Notes under the pieces: generated by a model
Told to the model about the DNA's origin: nothing
Databases searched by the model: none
Seen by the model: only the letters and a program-made list of their open reading frames with translations
Program-made: the position numbers and the translations under genes
In this document: positions 38,500 to 50,039 of the stretch, in pieces
Position numbering within the stretch: the first letter of the stretch is position 1
How the letters are laid out: each line of letters opens with the position of its first letter
Source of the DNA: Massalongia carnosa
Taxonomy: Eukaryota
Length of the DNA stretch: 64,000 nucleotides
Assembly (NCBI GenBank): GCA_965645245.1
Contig: OZ287069.1
Span: forward strand, 2,480,001-2,544,000
Direction of reading: 5' to 3'

Positions 38500-39460
38500 C
38501 CGGGAACTTCTCGTTCCGTATTGCCGGGTACTCAGCGGTGTAGTGCGAACGCCTACCGGTAAAGGCCGTCTCTCAGAACGCTGTTGTGGTATCGCAGAAC
38601 GTACAGCCCCTATTAAATCAGGATTGTTTCATGGGCTTTAAAAGAATCTGCTGACGATTAATGATGATCTAGTATCTTTTGTCATTAATCCAGGTTCCAA
38701 TACTCTATCCTTCTTCGTTATCGACCCCCAGAACCCCTTAAATCCCAAACTCCTCGGTCAACCGGCAGATACACTTGGAGAGACGCCAGTTTCTGTGATG
38801 TACTCTCCATACCTTCATACTAGTAAGCATCTTGAGCTTCCCACTCCTCTACGCCAATAATGTGCTGACTTTCCGCAGCCTGTGTTCTTAATAGCGGTGC
38901 TGTTGGCGTGCAACCTGCTATACCGTTGACCACGTTGAAGGTTTACAGGCTATCGGTGGACTTCGTCCTATATCGCAAATACTAACAGATCCAACTCCAC
39001 TACCCCTGGGGCCCCTTACGATCGGTCAGGACATCGGGTTCAACCCGTCCTCCACCGCACTGTTCGTCAGCCACCGCAGCAATGGCGGCCAACCAGGTCT
39101 CATCTACGCGTGGTCCATTTCTCGAGGAGGCCGTGTCTCGACAACCCCCGTCGTCTCATCACTCCCACAGGTAGCGATTGTCTTCAGCTTGAATTTCCTT
39201 GGCAGCGGCTCTAGACTTTTGGCGACCAACCCCATTCCGGGCGATCCTGGCGCCTAATTTCTGCAAGTTTTCCCCACATTGCAAGTCAGTGTGGAAAAAG
39301 CCATTCCGGTCCCTGGCCAAGGGGCCATTTGTTGGGGCGCATACTCCTCCAGATTCAACAGCGCCCACGTCATCGACGTGATGTTCCCAAACCTCACAGT
39401 CTTGGACCCTTCAACGGGTGCCGTGATAGGCAGCGTTCGGTATGAACCCGTTTCTGTCTG
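38500..39460 (+). pseudogene. Decayed lactonase-like beta-propeller (3-carboxymuconate cyclase-like) gene
   Basis: Fragments SQNAVVVSQN / YLFVINPGSNTLSFFVIDPQNPLNPKLLGQPADTLGETPVSV / ACVLNSG, DIGFNPSS and GQGAICWGAYS. Frameshift near 38905, TAA near 39255, no clear start. Confidence 0.6.
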
Positions 39461-40452
39461 CAAAGCCGTCGAGGGTTTCATTGCCAGAAGGATGCTAGGA
39501 TCAGCAGATCCAGGACGCCCTTATGCTGTCCTTACTCATCGTCCATCCCAAGAGAAAAATACTACGTTACAAAAGCGGAATCCCAAGGATCGGTTGAATT
39601 CCTACAAACCACATTTGAAAGGGAAGAGGGAAGTAGCGCACCCGATGCGCACTTTTCTCGGTCTTCATGAGCAGCCACGAAGATCTGCAGAAGTGAAAGA
39701 TTTGCAATCAATCCTTCGCGAAAATCAGAGTTTGAAGATTCCTCATCATTGTTAGGGAAACGTGTAGGAGGAAAGGGCCGAGACCCCAATAGAAATCAGT
39801 CATCTATTTTCTGGGATGATAATATATATAAATATAGACCAGAAATGAAAAGTAGAGTTTAAAGGAATCAAGTTGATTGAGCTTGGAAGACATGGCAAAC
39901 TAAGGTTGATAGAATCCACACTAAAAAAAGGCTTGGTCCAGAAATTGCGATACTTAAACATGATTTTCCAGCTTATCCTGCAGGCCAGTGTAACGGTTTT
40001 GATAGTGAGCAATAGCGTAACATAATTCACCGCCTTAAATGCAATTTCTTAAGGATAATGCTCGCTGGCTAGGGTTTTTGCTTGTCGTAAATGTCTTCTA
40101 CTTTATCTTGAGACGTATTGGTTTTTAATCTAATTATTAAACGCCCTATTGATATCTTGATGTAACAACGATATCGTCACATCCAAGATCATTGCAGCCG
40201 TTGCCGTCATCAGGCGGAAGTGATTTTGCATCACTAATGCTTGCAAAAGGAATGATATCGTCACTCTCGCTTTCTCCCCATTTCTCGTTGGCTGATATGA
40301 GGGGGATTCCGTAATCTTGGTTGCCGGCAGCACTCCTACTTCATTTGCCTTCATTCTTGCCGATATCCGGTGCGAAAAATGGATTTTTTCCATGATAGCC
40401 AAGAACCCTATAAGGATTCATCCTATCTTCCCCTTCATAGATATGCTGAGTA

Positions 40453-40945
40453 TCACAGCATCCCTCGAGATCGCCAACAGCTTTGCCCAAACATTAGTAA
40501 GCGTAAAATGACAGAAGTTTTTATTTGAGGACATACTATCATCGAGATGCCTAATGCAATAATTCCGCGTAAACTCAATGTCTTTGAAGCTTGGCGGGAA
40601 AGTAAACTAAGTTGACAGGTAAAAGGTGCTTTGACAGCTTGAGCGTTGGGCGCAAATCCCGCCTCGACGACAACTCTGAGAGTGCATGTGCCATGAGTCC
40701 CATCACAATCTGAGGGAGGTTTAACGTCAACATAATCCCACCAACGCCACCAGGAAGTCCATCTTTCACAGGCAGCTTCGCCATTTATATTGATGCAACC
40801 GACACCCTCACCCACGTGCTGGATTCTAGGTTAGAGCAAGAATTGTGCATGGCAGGTTCGCCAATCCACTACTCACCACCCTCGTAGCAAATGTGATAGA
40901 TAGAATTGCTGCGTAAAGAACGTTCAGAAAAGGCCTTAGATACAT
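40453..40945 (-). CDS. Small secreted Cys/Trp-rich protein (effector-like)
   Basis: Exon 1 MYLRPFLNVLYAAILSITFATRV, then a GTGAGT..CTAAC..CAG intron, then HVGEGVGCININGEAACERWTSWWRWWDY..DCDGTHGTC; 3' end uncertain. Confidence 0.5.
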
Positions 40946-41262
40946 GGTGGCGAGTAAAGAAATGGCTTAGTTAATTTATTTCTTCTGTGCGAAAAGGATG
41001 AAATACAAGCCAAAGCTAGACAAAGCAGCATAGATATTCGGCTTCGAGTCCATAATGCCTTCAAATAAACTAGCTAATTTGCTCCGCAGCTAACAGTGCT
41101 ACTCACTTTCGGAATGGAAGGGCATCCTTTAGCCCTTCCACTCCCGAAGTGAGTAACACGTTAGTCACAATGGAGGACTTCCGCAAATAGTCAAGGCCGT
41201 ACCTTTTCATGATGAAGAGGAACTTAACACTTTTCAATGGGATTGGTGAACTAGAGATAATA

Positions 41263-42600
41263 CAGTCCCGTGCCAAAAGTCTGCGGCCCAAACCGTAATT
41301 TTCGTGATTTCGCGTTTTCAACTCATCAACCCCCCATCTTCCACCTCATCATTTCACCATGCTTCGTGCTTCTTTGACCCCCATAAGTGGTAATCGGCCT
41401 CGTAACACTGAATTGACGCCATATCAACGTGGTATGATTGTTGGGGCCCAGGCGTTGGGGCACACACCGACCGAGATTGGGAAGACTCTTAATTTCACTA
41501 AATCGACCGTGCAGAGCACCATTCAGAAGCACTCAATTCGCAACGACGGCGTGTCTAAATCACGTTCTGGACGGCCTGAAGTGCTGTCAGAACGCGATCG
41601 ACGTTATATCATCAAGCATGCAATAATCAATCCACGAATCACTTATGCACAAATCAAACTAGAAGTGGGGCTCGGCTGCAGTCGTACGACTATTTATCGG
41701 GCACTCAAACTGTATGGTTTAACCAACTGGGTGGCTAAAAAACGACCTTTATTGACGCCTGAGGTGGCCAAGAAACGATTGGATTGGTGCTTGCTGCGGC
41801 GTGAGTGGACTTTTGAGCAGTGGTCAAGAGTTATATGGTCAGATGAGTGCTCGGTGGAAAAGGGGTCAGGAAAACAGCGTCAGTGGGTGTTCAGATTGCC
41901 GAAAGAAAAATGGAATAAAGAGATGATACAACCTGTCCCCAAAGGCAAAGGAGTCAGTGTCATGGTCTGGGCAGCTTTTTGGGGAGATGACAGGTCAGAT
42001 CTTTACAAATTGGCTCGTGATTTTGCTGCGAAGAAGATGGGGTACTCGGCGAACTCATATATGGAATTATTGAACGATAATCTGCTTGGAATTAGGCAAC
42101 CGGGCCTCATTTTCATGCAGGATAACGCACCTACACATAAGGCTAAAAAGGTGATGGAATGGTTCAATGAGAACGGCATAGAGGTCATCGATTGGCCCCC
42201 CTATTCACCTGATTTAAATCCCATCGAGCACGTTTGGTATGTGCTCAAAAAGCTCGTCTATCAAGTCAACCCGAACATAGATTTGGTGAGCGGCAGTGAT
42301 GAAACTGTTCGTGAGGTACTTTGGAAAGCGTTAGAAGAAGCCTGGACGTTGATAGATGTGAAAATGATGAGGAGGTTAATAGAGAGCATGAATAGGAGGA
42401 TAAAAGCGTGTATAGCGTCGGAAGGATGGTATACTAAATATTAAAAATCAATTTTTGGGGGAATTCGTGTTTAGTATGTATGTAATCATTATGTAAAGTT
42501 TCAGGACATTTCAGCAATCGTGACGTGGTTGATTGTTGATTGAATAGAATGATTGAAATGTTGGTGGGGTGCGGGGCCGCAGACTTTTGGCCTAGTACTG
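41263..42600 (+). mobile_element. Tc1-family DNA transposon, copy A (1338 bp, TA TSD)
   Basis: TA|CAGTCCCGTGCCAAAAGTCTGCGGCCC ... GGGCCGCAGACTTTTGGCCTAGTACTG|TA around an intact transposase. Confidence 0.95.
41359..42444 (+). CDS. Tc1 DD34E transposase (361 aa)
   Basis: HTH with RSGRP; WSDE, MQDNAP and WPPYSPDLNPIE; 34 residues between the second D and E. Confidence 0.95.
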   Translation: MLRASLTPISGNRPRNTELTPYQRGMIVGAQALGHTPTEIGKTLNFTKSTVQSTIQKHSIRNDGVSKSRSGRPEVLSERDRRYIIKHAIINPRITYAQIKLEVGLGCSRTTIYRALKLYGLTNWVAKKRPLLTPEVAKKRLDWCLLRREWTFEQWSRVIWSDECSVEKGSGKQRQWVFRLPKEKWNKEMIQPVPKGKGVSVMVWAAFWGDDRSDLYKLARDFAAKKMGYSANSYMELLNDNLLGIRQPGLIFMQDNAPTHKAKKVMEWFNENGIEVIDWPPYSPDLNPIEHVWYVLKKLVYQVNPNIDLVSGSDETVREVLWKALEEAWTLIDVKMMRRLIESMNRRIKACIASEGWYTKY

Positions 42601-43390
42601 TACAAGCAAGCTGGACGAGATAAACAATCATTGAGGAAACGGATAAAAGCTTGGAGGAAGAATTACGAGAAGTTTGCTCTGAGCGGTCTACCGCTGACAT
42701 GACCGCAAGAAACTGACATAAACACCTGTATGATAGAGCTTGGCTAGTTAGAAGCTTAGGCGTAGGGTCAACGCTTGTACGAGATAATGGGTCATCCAGC
42801 CAGCATCGTTTTTGGAAGATCTTCTTCCAATGCGTCCTTCAGCAATCCAGCCTGTCGTTAGGACTTGCAGAGTAGGATCGTGCTAAGATTAAGGAACCTA
42901 TTTGCTGCCCCTGTTCAAGATCATTTTATTAGGATTCCTTTCTTTGTATAAAGTAATTACGCAATCAATGGCTTGACTACATGATTGTCTTCAGGTTCCA
43001 AAGTGTTCAAAAGTACAGAGTACAGAGTAAAGGTTTCCTACATTTTGTTGCCTGCATCGAAACAGTGAATGGAGGAAGAAGCTAGGAATGTAAATGCAAT
43101 GATTTTAGATGCGACAAGCCTTACAATTGTGTTCTTATAGGTAGTTAATTAAATAGGGGATCGGCCATTTCCTATAGGCTAGCATATGAGATGTCGCTCA
43201 ACTGCTCTTCAACTATCTAAGGCAAATCAGCATAACAGAATGTGAAGGGATCTAAAGGTACATATGGTTCATCCTGTGATCATTTGAGTGTTTTTCTTAC
43301 GGCTCGGTATAGTAACGTTAAGTTTGGAAATGTCATGCGTATTCTATCCAGAGAATGTTTGGGAACGTTATGCGGAAGTATTCCATTATA

Positions 43391-44728
43391 CAGTCCCGTG
43401 TCAAAAGTTTCCGACACTACCCGCGATTTTCGTGATTTCGCGTTTTAACCTACCAACCCATCAACTTTGACCTCATCATTTCACCATGCCACGCACTCCG
43501 TTGACTTCAATTTCTGGTAATAAGCTTCGTAATATCGAATTGAATCAATGTCAAAGAGGTATGATTATTGGAGCCCAGGCTTTGGGGCATGCATCGGCCG
43601 AAATTGCAAAGACATTAAATGTGCCTCGAACCACCGTCATTTACACTCTTCAAAAGCACTCAGAACGCAACAACGAAAAGTCCAAATCGCGATCGGGTCG
43701 GCCTGGAATATTCTCGGACCGCGACCGAAGACGTATCATCAAACTTGCACGAATCAATCCACGCATCACCTACGCGCAGCTGCGTACGGAGGTTGGGGTG
43801 CAATGTAGTCGATCCACTCTCTATCGGACGCTCAAAGACTATGGTCTAACAAACTGGCTGGCTAAAAAGCGGCCTTTATTGACGCCCGAGGTGGCAAAGA
43901 AGAGACTGGACTGGTGCTTGCTTCGGCGTGAGTGGACTTTTGAGCAGTGGTCAAAAATAATATGGTCAGACGAGTGCTCGGTGGAAAAGGGGTCGGGCAA
44001 ACAGCGTCAATGGGTGTTCAGATTTCCGGACGAAAAATGGAAAAAACCTATGATACAACCGTACGGCAAAGGTAAAGAGGTCAAGGTCATGGTATGGGGG
44101 CCTTTTTGGGGGGGGGGAAGGTCGGATATCTACAAATTGGCCCGTGATTTCGAGGCAAAGAAGATGGGGTACTCCGCGAATTCATATTTGGAATTATTGA
44201 ACGATAATCTGCTTGGAATTTGGGAACCAGGTCTCATTTTCATGCAGGATAATGCCCCCATTCACACTGCCAAAAAGGTGAAGAAATGGTTCGATGAAAA
44301 CGGTATAACAGTCATCGATTGGCCCCCTTATTCTCCTGATTTGAATCCCATCGAGTACGTTTGGTACGTGCTCAAAAAGCTCGTCTATCAGGTCAATCCG
44401 GACATCGACTCGATGACTGGTAGTGATGATAGGGTCCGCGAGGTACTTTGGAAAGCTTTGGAAGAAGCATGGGCCTTGATAAATGAGGAAATGCTGAAGA
44501 GTTTAGTAGACAGCATGAAAAGGAGGATTGAAGCTTGCATCCAGTCAAAAGGATGGTATACGAAATATTAAAAATATGTTTCTCAGCCCATTGTGCTTGC
44601 TATAATGTATGTAATCATCGTAGGAAGTTTCAAGACATCAAAATAACAACGTGATGGTTGATAATTCAAAGCAGTGGGGGGGTAAAAAGTTGATGGTGGG
44701 GCTGTCGGAAACTTTTGACCTAGTACTG
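43391..44728 (+). mobile_element. Tc1-family DNA transposon, copy B (sister subfamily, 1338 bp, TA TSD)
   Basis: TA|CAGTCCCGTGTCAAAAGTTTCCGACA ... TGTCGGAAACTTTTGACCTAGTACTG|TA. Confidence 0.95.
43486..44571 (+). CDS. Tc1 DD34E transposase (361 aa), diverged from copies A and C
   Basis: WSDE, MQDNAP and WPPYSPDLNPIE; intact ORF. Confidence 0.95.
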   Translation: MPRTPLTSISGNKLRNIELNQCQRGMIIGAQALGHASAEIAKTLNVPRTTVIYTLQKHSERNNEKSKSRSGRPGIFSDRDRRRIIKLARINPRITYAQLRTEVGVQCSRSTLYRTLKDYGLTNWLAKKRPLLTPEVAKKRLDWCLLRREWTFEQWSKIIWSDECSVEKGSGKQRQWVFRFPDEKWKKPMIQPYGKGKEVKVMVWGPFWGGGRSDIYKLARDFEAKKMGYSANSYLELLNDNLLGIWEPGLIFMQDNAPIHTAKKVKKWFDENGITVIDWPPYSPDLNPIEYVWYVLKKLVYQVNPDIDSMTGSDDRVREVLWKALEEAWALINEEMLKSLVDSMKRRIEACIQSKGWYTKY

Positions 44729-44730
44729 TA

Positions 44731-46060
44731 CAGTACTAGGCCAAAAGTCTGCGGCCCCGCACCCCACCAATCATTCTATTCAATCAACAATCAACCACGT
44801 CACGATTGCTGAAATGTCCTGAAACTTTACATAATGATTACATACATACTAAACACGAATTCCCCCAAAAATTGATTTTTAATATTTAGTATACCATCCT
44901 TCCGACGCTATACACGCTTTTATCCTCCTATTCATGCTCTCTATTAACCTCCTCATCATTTTCACATCTATCAACGTCCAGGCTTCTTCTAACGCTTTCC
45001 AAAGTACCTCACGAACAGTTTCATCACTGCCGATCACCAAATCTATGTTCGGGTTGACTTGATAGACGAGCTTTTTGAGCACATACCAAACGTGCTCGAT
45101 GGGATTTAAATCAGGTGAATAGGGGGGCCAATCGATGACCTCTATGCCGTTCTCATTGAACCATTCCATCACCTTTTTAGCCTTATGTGTAGGTGCGTTA
45201 TCCTGCATGAAAATGAGGCCCGGTTGCTTAATTCCAAGCAGATTATCGTTCAATAATTCCATATATGAGTTCGCCGAGTACCCCATCTTCTTCGCAGCAA
45301 AATCACGAGCCAATTTGTAAAGATCTGACCTGTCATCTCCCCAAAAAGCTGCCCAGACCATGACACTGACTCCTTTGCCTTTGGGGACAGGTTGTATCAT
45401 CTCTTTATTCCATTTTTCTTTCGGCAATCTGAACACCCACTGACGCTGTTTTCCTGACCCCTTTTCCACCGAGCACTCATCTGACCATATAACTCTTGAC
45501 CACTGCTCAAAAGTCCACTCACGCCGCAGCAAGCACCAATCCAATCGTTTCTTGGCCACCTCAGGCGTCAATAAAGGTCGTTTTTTAGCCACCCAGTTGG
45601 TTAAACCATACAGTTTGAGTGCCCGATAAATAGTCGTACGACTGCAGCCGAGCCCCACTTCTAGTTTGATTTGTGCATAAGTGATTCGTGGATTGATTCG
45701 TGCATGCTTGATGATATAACGTCGATCGCGTTCTGACAGCACTTCAGGCCGTCCAGAACGTGATTTAGACACGCCGTCGTTGCGAATTGAGTGCTTCTGA
45801 ATGGTGCTCTGCACGGTCGATTTAGTGAAATTAAGAGTCTTCCCAATCTCGGTCGGTGTGTGCCCCAACGCCTGGGCCCCAACAATCATACCACGTTGAT
45901 ATGGCGTCAATTCAGTGTTACGAGGCCGCTTACCACTTATGGGGGTCAAAGAAGCACGAAGCATGGTGAAATGATGAGGTGGAAGATGGGGGGTTGATGA
46001 GTTGAAAACGCGAAATCACGAAAATTACGGTTTGGGCCGCAGACTTTTGGCACGGGACTG
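44731..46060 (-). mobile_element. Tc1-family DNA transposon, copy C (inverted near-identical copy of A, 1330 bp)
   Basis: TA|CAGTACTAGGCCAAAAGTCTGCGGCCC ... GGGCCGCAGACTTTTGGCACGGGACTG|TA; 8-bp deletion near the 3' end relative to A. Confidence 0.95.
44879..45964 (-). CDS. Tc1 DD34E transposase (361 aa)
   Basis: Four amino-acid differences from the copy A transposase by eye. Confidence 0.95.
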   Translation of the reverse strand: MLRASLTPISGKRPRNTELTPYQRGMIVGAQALGHTPTEIGKTLNFTKSTVQSTIQKHSIRNDGVSKSRSGRPEVLSERDRRYIIKHARINPRITYAQIKLEVGLGCSRTTIYRALKLYGLTNWVAKKRPLLTPEVAKKRLDWCLLRREWTFEQWSRVIWSDECSVEKGSGKQRQWVFRLPKEKWNKEMIQPVPKGKGVSVMVWAAFWGDDRSDLYKLARDFAAKKMGYSANSYMELLNDNLLGIKQPGLIFMQDNAPTHKAKKVMEWFNENGIEVIDWPPYSPDLNPIEHVWYVLKKLVYQVNPNIDLVIGSDETVREVLWKALEEAWTLIDVKMMRRLIESMNRRIKACIASEGWYTKY

Positions 46061-47702
46061 TACTATACGGAGTACAGAGGTACCTCTATACAGCGTACAA
46101 GTTAAGTACTACTCCGTACCTTACTCTATATTGTTATAACTAAAGTATTTTTGTTCTTGTGTTTTTGATTGGCCATACTCAGACTCAGATTATGACTTTG
46201 GCTTTCCTAGCACTAACTTACATGCGCATGTTGAGGTAGCAACGACCTTTGCTTCTCCGTACTCCATACTCTATTAAATAAACATTCACAATTTGCAAAG
46301 CGAGCCTCTCTGTCTGATAGATCTCTTGTTTCGATAATCTCATCCCTTCGTTTCTGAAGGCCTGTTCCTGAAGGGTTGGGTGGCTTGTTCACGCTGCATT
46401 TGAATAGCTTGCCATAACAAAGGGTGATGCAAGACGAGGGTAGAGGGACTTTGTTTCGGCGATAATGTTTTCATGGAGAAAATTTCATTTCTCTGTCCCT
46501 CATCCATCCTCCTCTCTCGACTATGTGATCCATATTCTCTCTCTATCCTTCAATTGGTTCTTTTTCTGTCTATTTCACTCCCTTTCGTGAAAACTTCGAA
46601 GATAATGAAGAGCAAAGGACTGATAGGTAGGTAGATGAATGGAAAAACAGACAGAGAAGAATATAGGGGAGAAAGTGGGGGACGAGGAAGGAGAAGAATG
46701 CTGGAAAGCTAGAGGAAGAAAGAAAACCTCGAGTCTAAAATTCGAAAGATAACTACTTTAAAAGCTAGATTTGGAGAAGAGGAGTACAATTGCTGATCTT
46801 GAATGCAGTATCATCACTCCTTTCCCAGCCTAAACTATAGAAGATCGTGATAACTTCATCTACACTTCTAAAAGGGGGGATTTTTCAAAGCAATGTTGAA
46901 AAATAAGACATGTAGACAGACAGCTCGACAGCCCGGAAGATGAATGGAAATACTCTAGACTGATAGATAGACACATTATCGTCAACGTCTAATAGGAAAG
47001 AAAAGTAATAGATTTGAGGAGAGGCGGATCGATCGGTACATATTATATACATGCACGTTTTTTCCTTTTTCGTGCTTCGAATCTCCGGGATGAGATATAA
47101 CTCCGAGAGGAGAACTGAGAATAGGATTTATATTCATCTCTCTCACACACACATTTTGTTCCTGTCCCCGGTCTAAGAAAACGAAAACGCGCTGAAGACT
47201 CCGCAGAAAAAGGGGGAAGCAGAGGAGGTGGGCAAACATTTTGACAAATAGAAATTCTCCAATTCATGCATGCATCCCCTTCATTTTCTACCATATATAG
47301 TTTATAGATAGGCACGTTTACGTAGTACGGGGAATGCGTTTTCCTCCGAGGGCGCACTCGAGAAGCAAGATGGCGGGGAGGGGAAGGGAAAGGAGACATT
47401 CTGACAATGCAGTTGTGTACTGAGTAGCGAAGAGAATCCGGCTCGGGAGAGATCGAAGTCCAATCTGGGGAGGATAGGTGTTCGAGATTTTACAGATTTT
47501 TAGAATTCTCTATGGGTGGACCTGCGCGAGAGGGACATTTCCTTTTTCCCTATCCACCTATCAAATTCCCATATGCTCTCTTAATAGCTTAAATGGAATG
47601 GAGAGATGGTTTTCCACTCTAAAAAAGCAACGTAACACTGTTGAGACGGAAGATGCATGGATAGGGTATGAATTGAAGTGTGACCCAATGATCGGCCCCA
47701 CT

Positions 47703-50039
47703 CTAGAAGTCATTCTCGTCGCTGCCGGCGATGATAACTTGGTTAACCTGTTGGAGAACGTGAGCATGAACGTAACGGATTTGAGGTGTATGCCGGTAGG
47801 AGGAGTGGATCGTTTGAGTTCAGAGCTAGTCATACCTTGAGCACCATCCTACACAGCTGCGTGGCTAGAAGCAGTTGCTGTCGCTTCCCAATCAAAGGAT
47901 CGATGACGAAATGCTGGCGCATATCTGATTCCATGTTAGAAACGAGGGGCTTCAACTCCGGCAAAGCAGTTCCCTCCAACGTTCATTCGCATGAGCCAAA
48001 GGGAAAGAACTCACCGTTGCTGCCCGTTTGCATGCAATCTACTCCTAGCCTAGAGTTCTTTTCCTTGACCTGCCTTGATTTTATCGACGCTAATGTCTCG
48101 ATGGGGCTCAAACCCGAATTTTCGGCCAGAGCCATGGGGATCGCATCCAGCGCGTCAGCAAAAGCTCGCATAGCGTATTGCTCTAGTCCAGGGCTCTACA
48201 GATGGTTAAAGTCAGCTTGGGTAATTATTGTTGAGCTTTGAAAGATAGAGGATGGAGGTAACGAACTTTGACCGCGGCTTCCTCGACAGCTAACGAACAT
48301 GCGATTTCTGCGGCTCCTCCTCCGTAGACCACGCGGTTGTCTTTGACAAGGTTTCGAACCACACAAAGAGCGTCATGCAGTGAACGCTTAGCTTCGTCTA
48401 TAATCTAGAAGACGCCGGATGTTAGATTCAGCCTCGCAACACTCGAGCGAAGATTATAACTTGCCATTTTGTTGCTACCTCGTACAAAGACCGTAACAGC
48501 CCGCGTGTTCGCGCACTCCTCAATGACCAGCATCTTCTCCCTCGTCGTCCCAAAGCTCATTTCTCGTACAATGCCCGCCTTGCCAAGCTTCGCAGCGCTG
48601 AGGTCTTCGAATCTGGGGACAATCCTCCCATTTGTTGCGATGGCAATTAACTCTATCTCAGGGCCTCCAACCCATCGGACAGCAGGAAGCTTGTTCTGCA
48701 GTAATAAATGATTCGCCTCGTCATCAAAGCCCCATTGACAAATGACCAGATTAGCCCCTGTGTCTTTGATTTGCTGAATCATCTCCATGAACTTATTTTT
48801 TTCATAAACCTGGAGTTTCTTGAATTCTTCAACCGTCGTTATATCGAGCTTATGCTTCGTTTTCGGCTTCGGTGGCTCAAATGCACAAGTCAATATCGCA
48901 AGCTTAGCGTCTCGTACTTCATCGGGCATTTGGGGATGCGAGAAATCTTTATCTACTATAACGCCTTTCACTAGCAGCGTATCTTCCAGCGACCCTCCAA
49001 CTTTTCCGTCCACTTTTATTAACTCAAAATCGACATCTTTTCGGTCGAGATCTGCAACGGACAGTACGGCATCAACAGCAATCTGAGCGAATTGATCGTG
49101 TGCCTTTGAAACACTTGGGAATGATCAGCTCTTGTTCGTGTAAAGGGTATCCCTGAGCCTACATTTTGCTTCCTAAACTTGTTTTGGCAACCTCGAAAAG
49201 GTTCTGCCTCTGGTCCTTTGTGAACTCAACTTTGTCGCTTATGCGATCCAGCTCTGAGACGGCAACTTCGCAGGCCTGGTCATATCCATCTGCTATTCGA
49301 ATAGGATGGATGCCCTTGTCGATCAAATCTGCCGCCTGCTCTAACAATGCTCCTGCGAGCACAACGACTCCTGTTGTGCCATCCCCTATCTCATCATCTT
49401 GCGACTTTGAAAGTTCAACCAGCAGTTTCGCAACATGGTTTGTAATTTCCATCTTTATCAAAGCCCATTAGCGCATCCTAGCAACATGTAGAGGCGACAC
49501 ATACTTGGGATAAGATCGTAGCTCCATCGTTCGTCACCGTGATGTCTCCATCCGGTGATATGAGTATTTTATCCAGGCCCCGCGGTCCCTGCGTCTTACA
49601 TCAGCCAATTATCCTTATTTCTATCCATTGCTTGGGAGTATTACCAAAGATGTTCGGACTATATTTGCTACCGTTCTTGCTGCTAGGATGTGTGACTTGA
49701 CCGCATCATTCCCATGCTGTCTTTTCTTTTTTCCTTGACTAGGCTGGAATCAGCCACTTCTCTCCAAACCTACCCCTAGCACCCTTCATTATCCACGATG
49801 AGAATTGTTACTACTCTCTTGACGTACTCTCTGACAACAATAAAGGGTCTGCCTTGCTCATCCTTCATCACCGCCGCTACGAATATAAGTATTAGAGATT
49901 ATGGGGTACGTTTTGGTATAGTGAAGCATCCATACCTTGTGACATGTCGAGCTCTGGATTTTATCCTCAAGTTAGCTTTTAACTCTCGGTCACATCTTAG
50001 AAGATCCTTCGAATATGTGGAAGACATACGCATCGCCAT
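47703..50039 (-). CDS. CCT5: T-complex protein 1 subunit epsilon (chaperonin CCT), multi-exon
   Basis: [59 protein letters not shown] and [13 protein letters not shown]. Confidence 0.95.
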
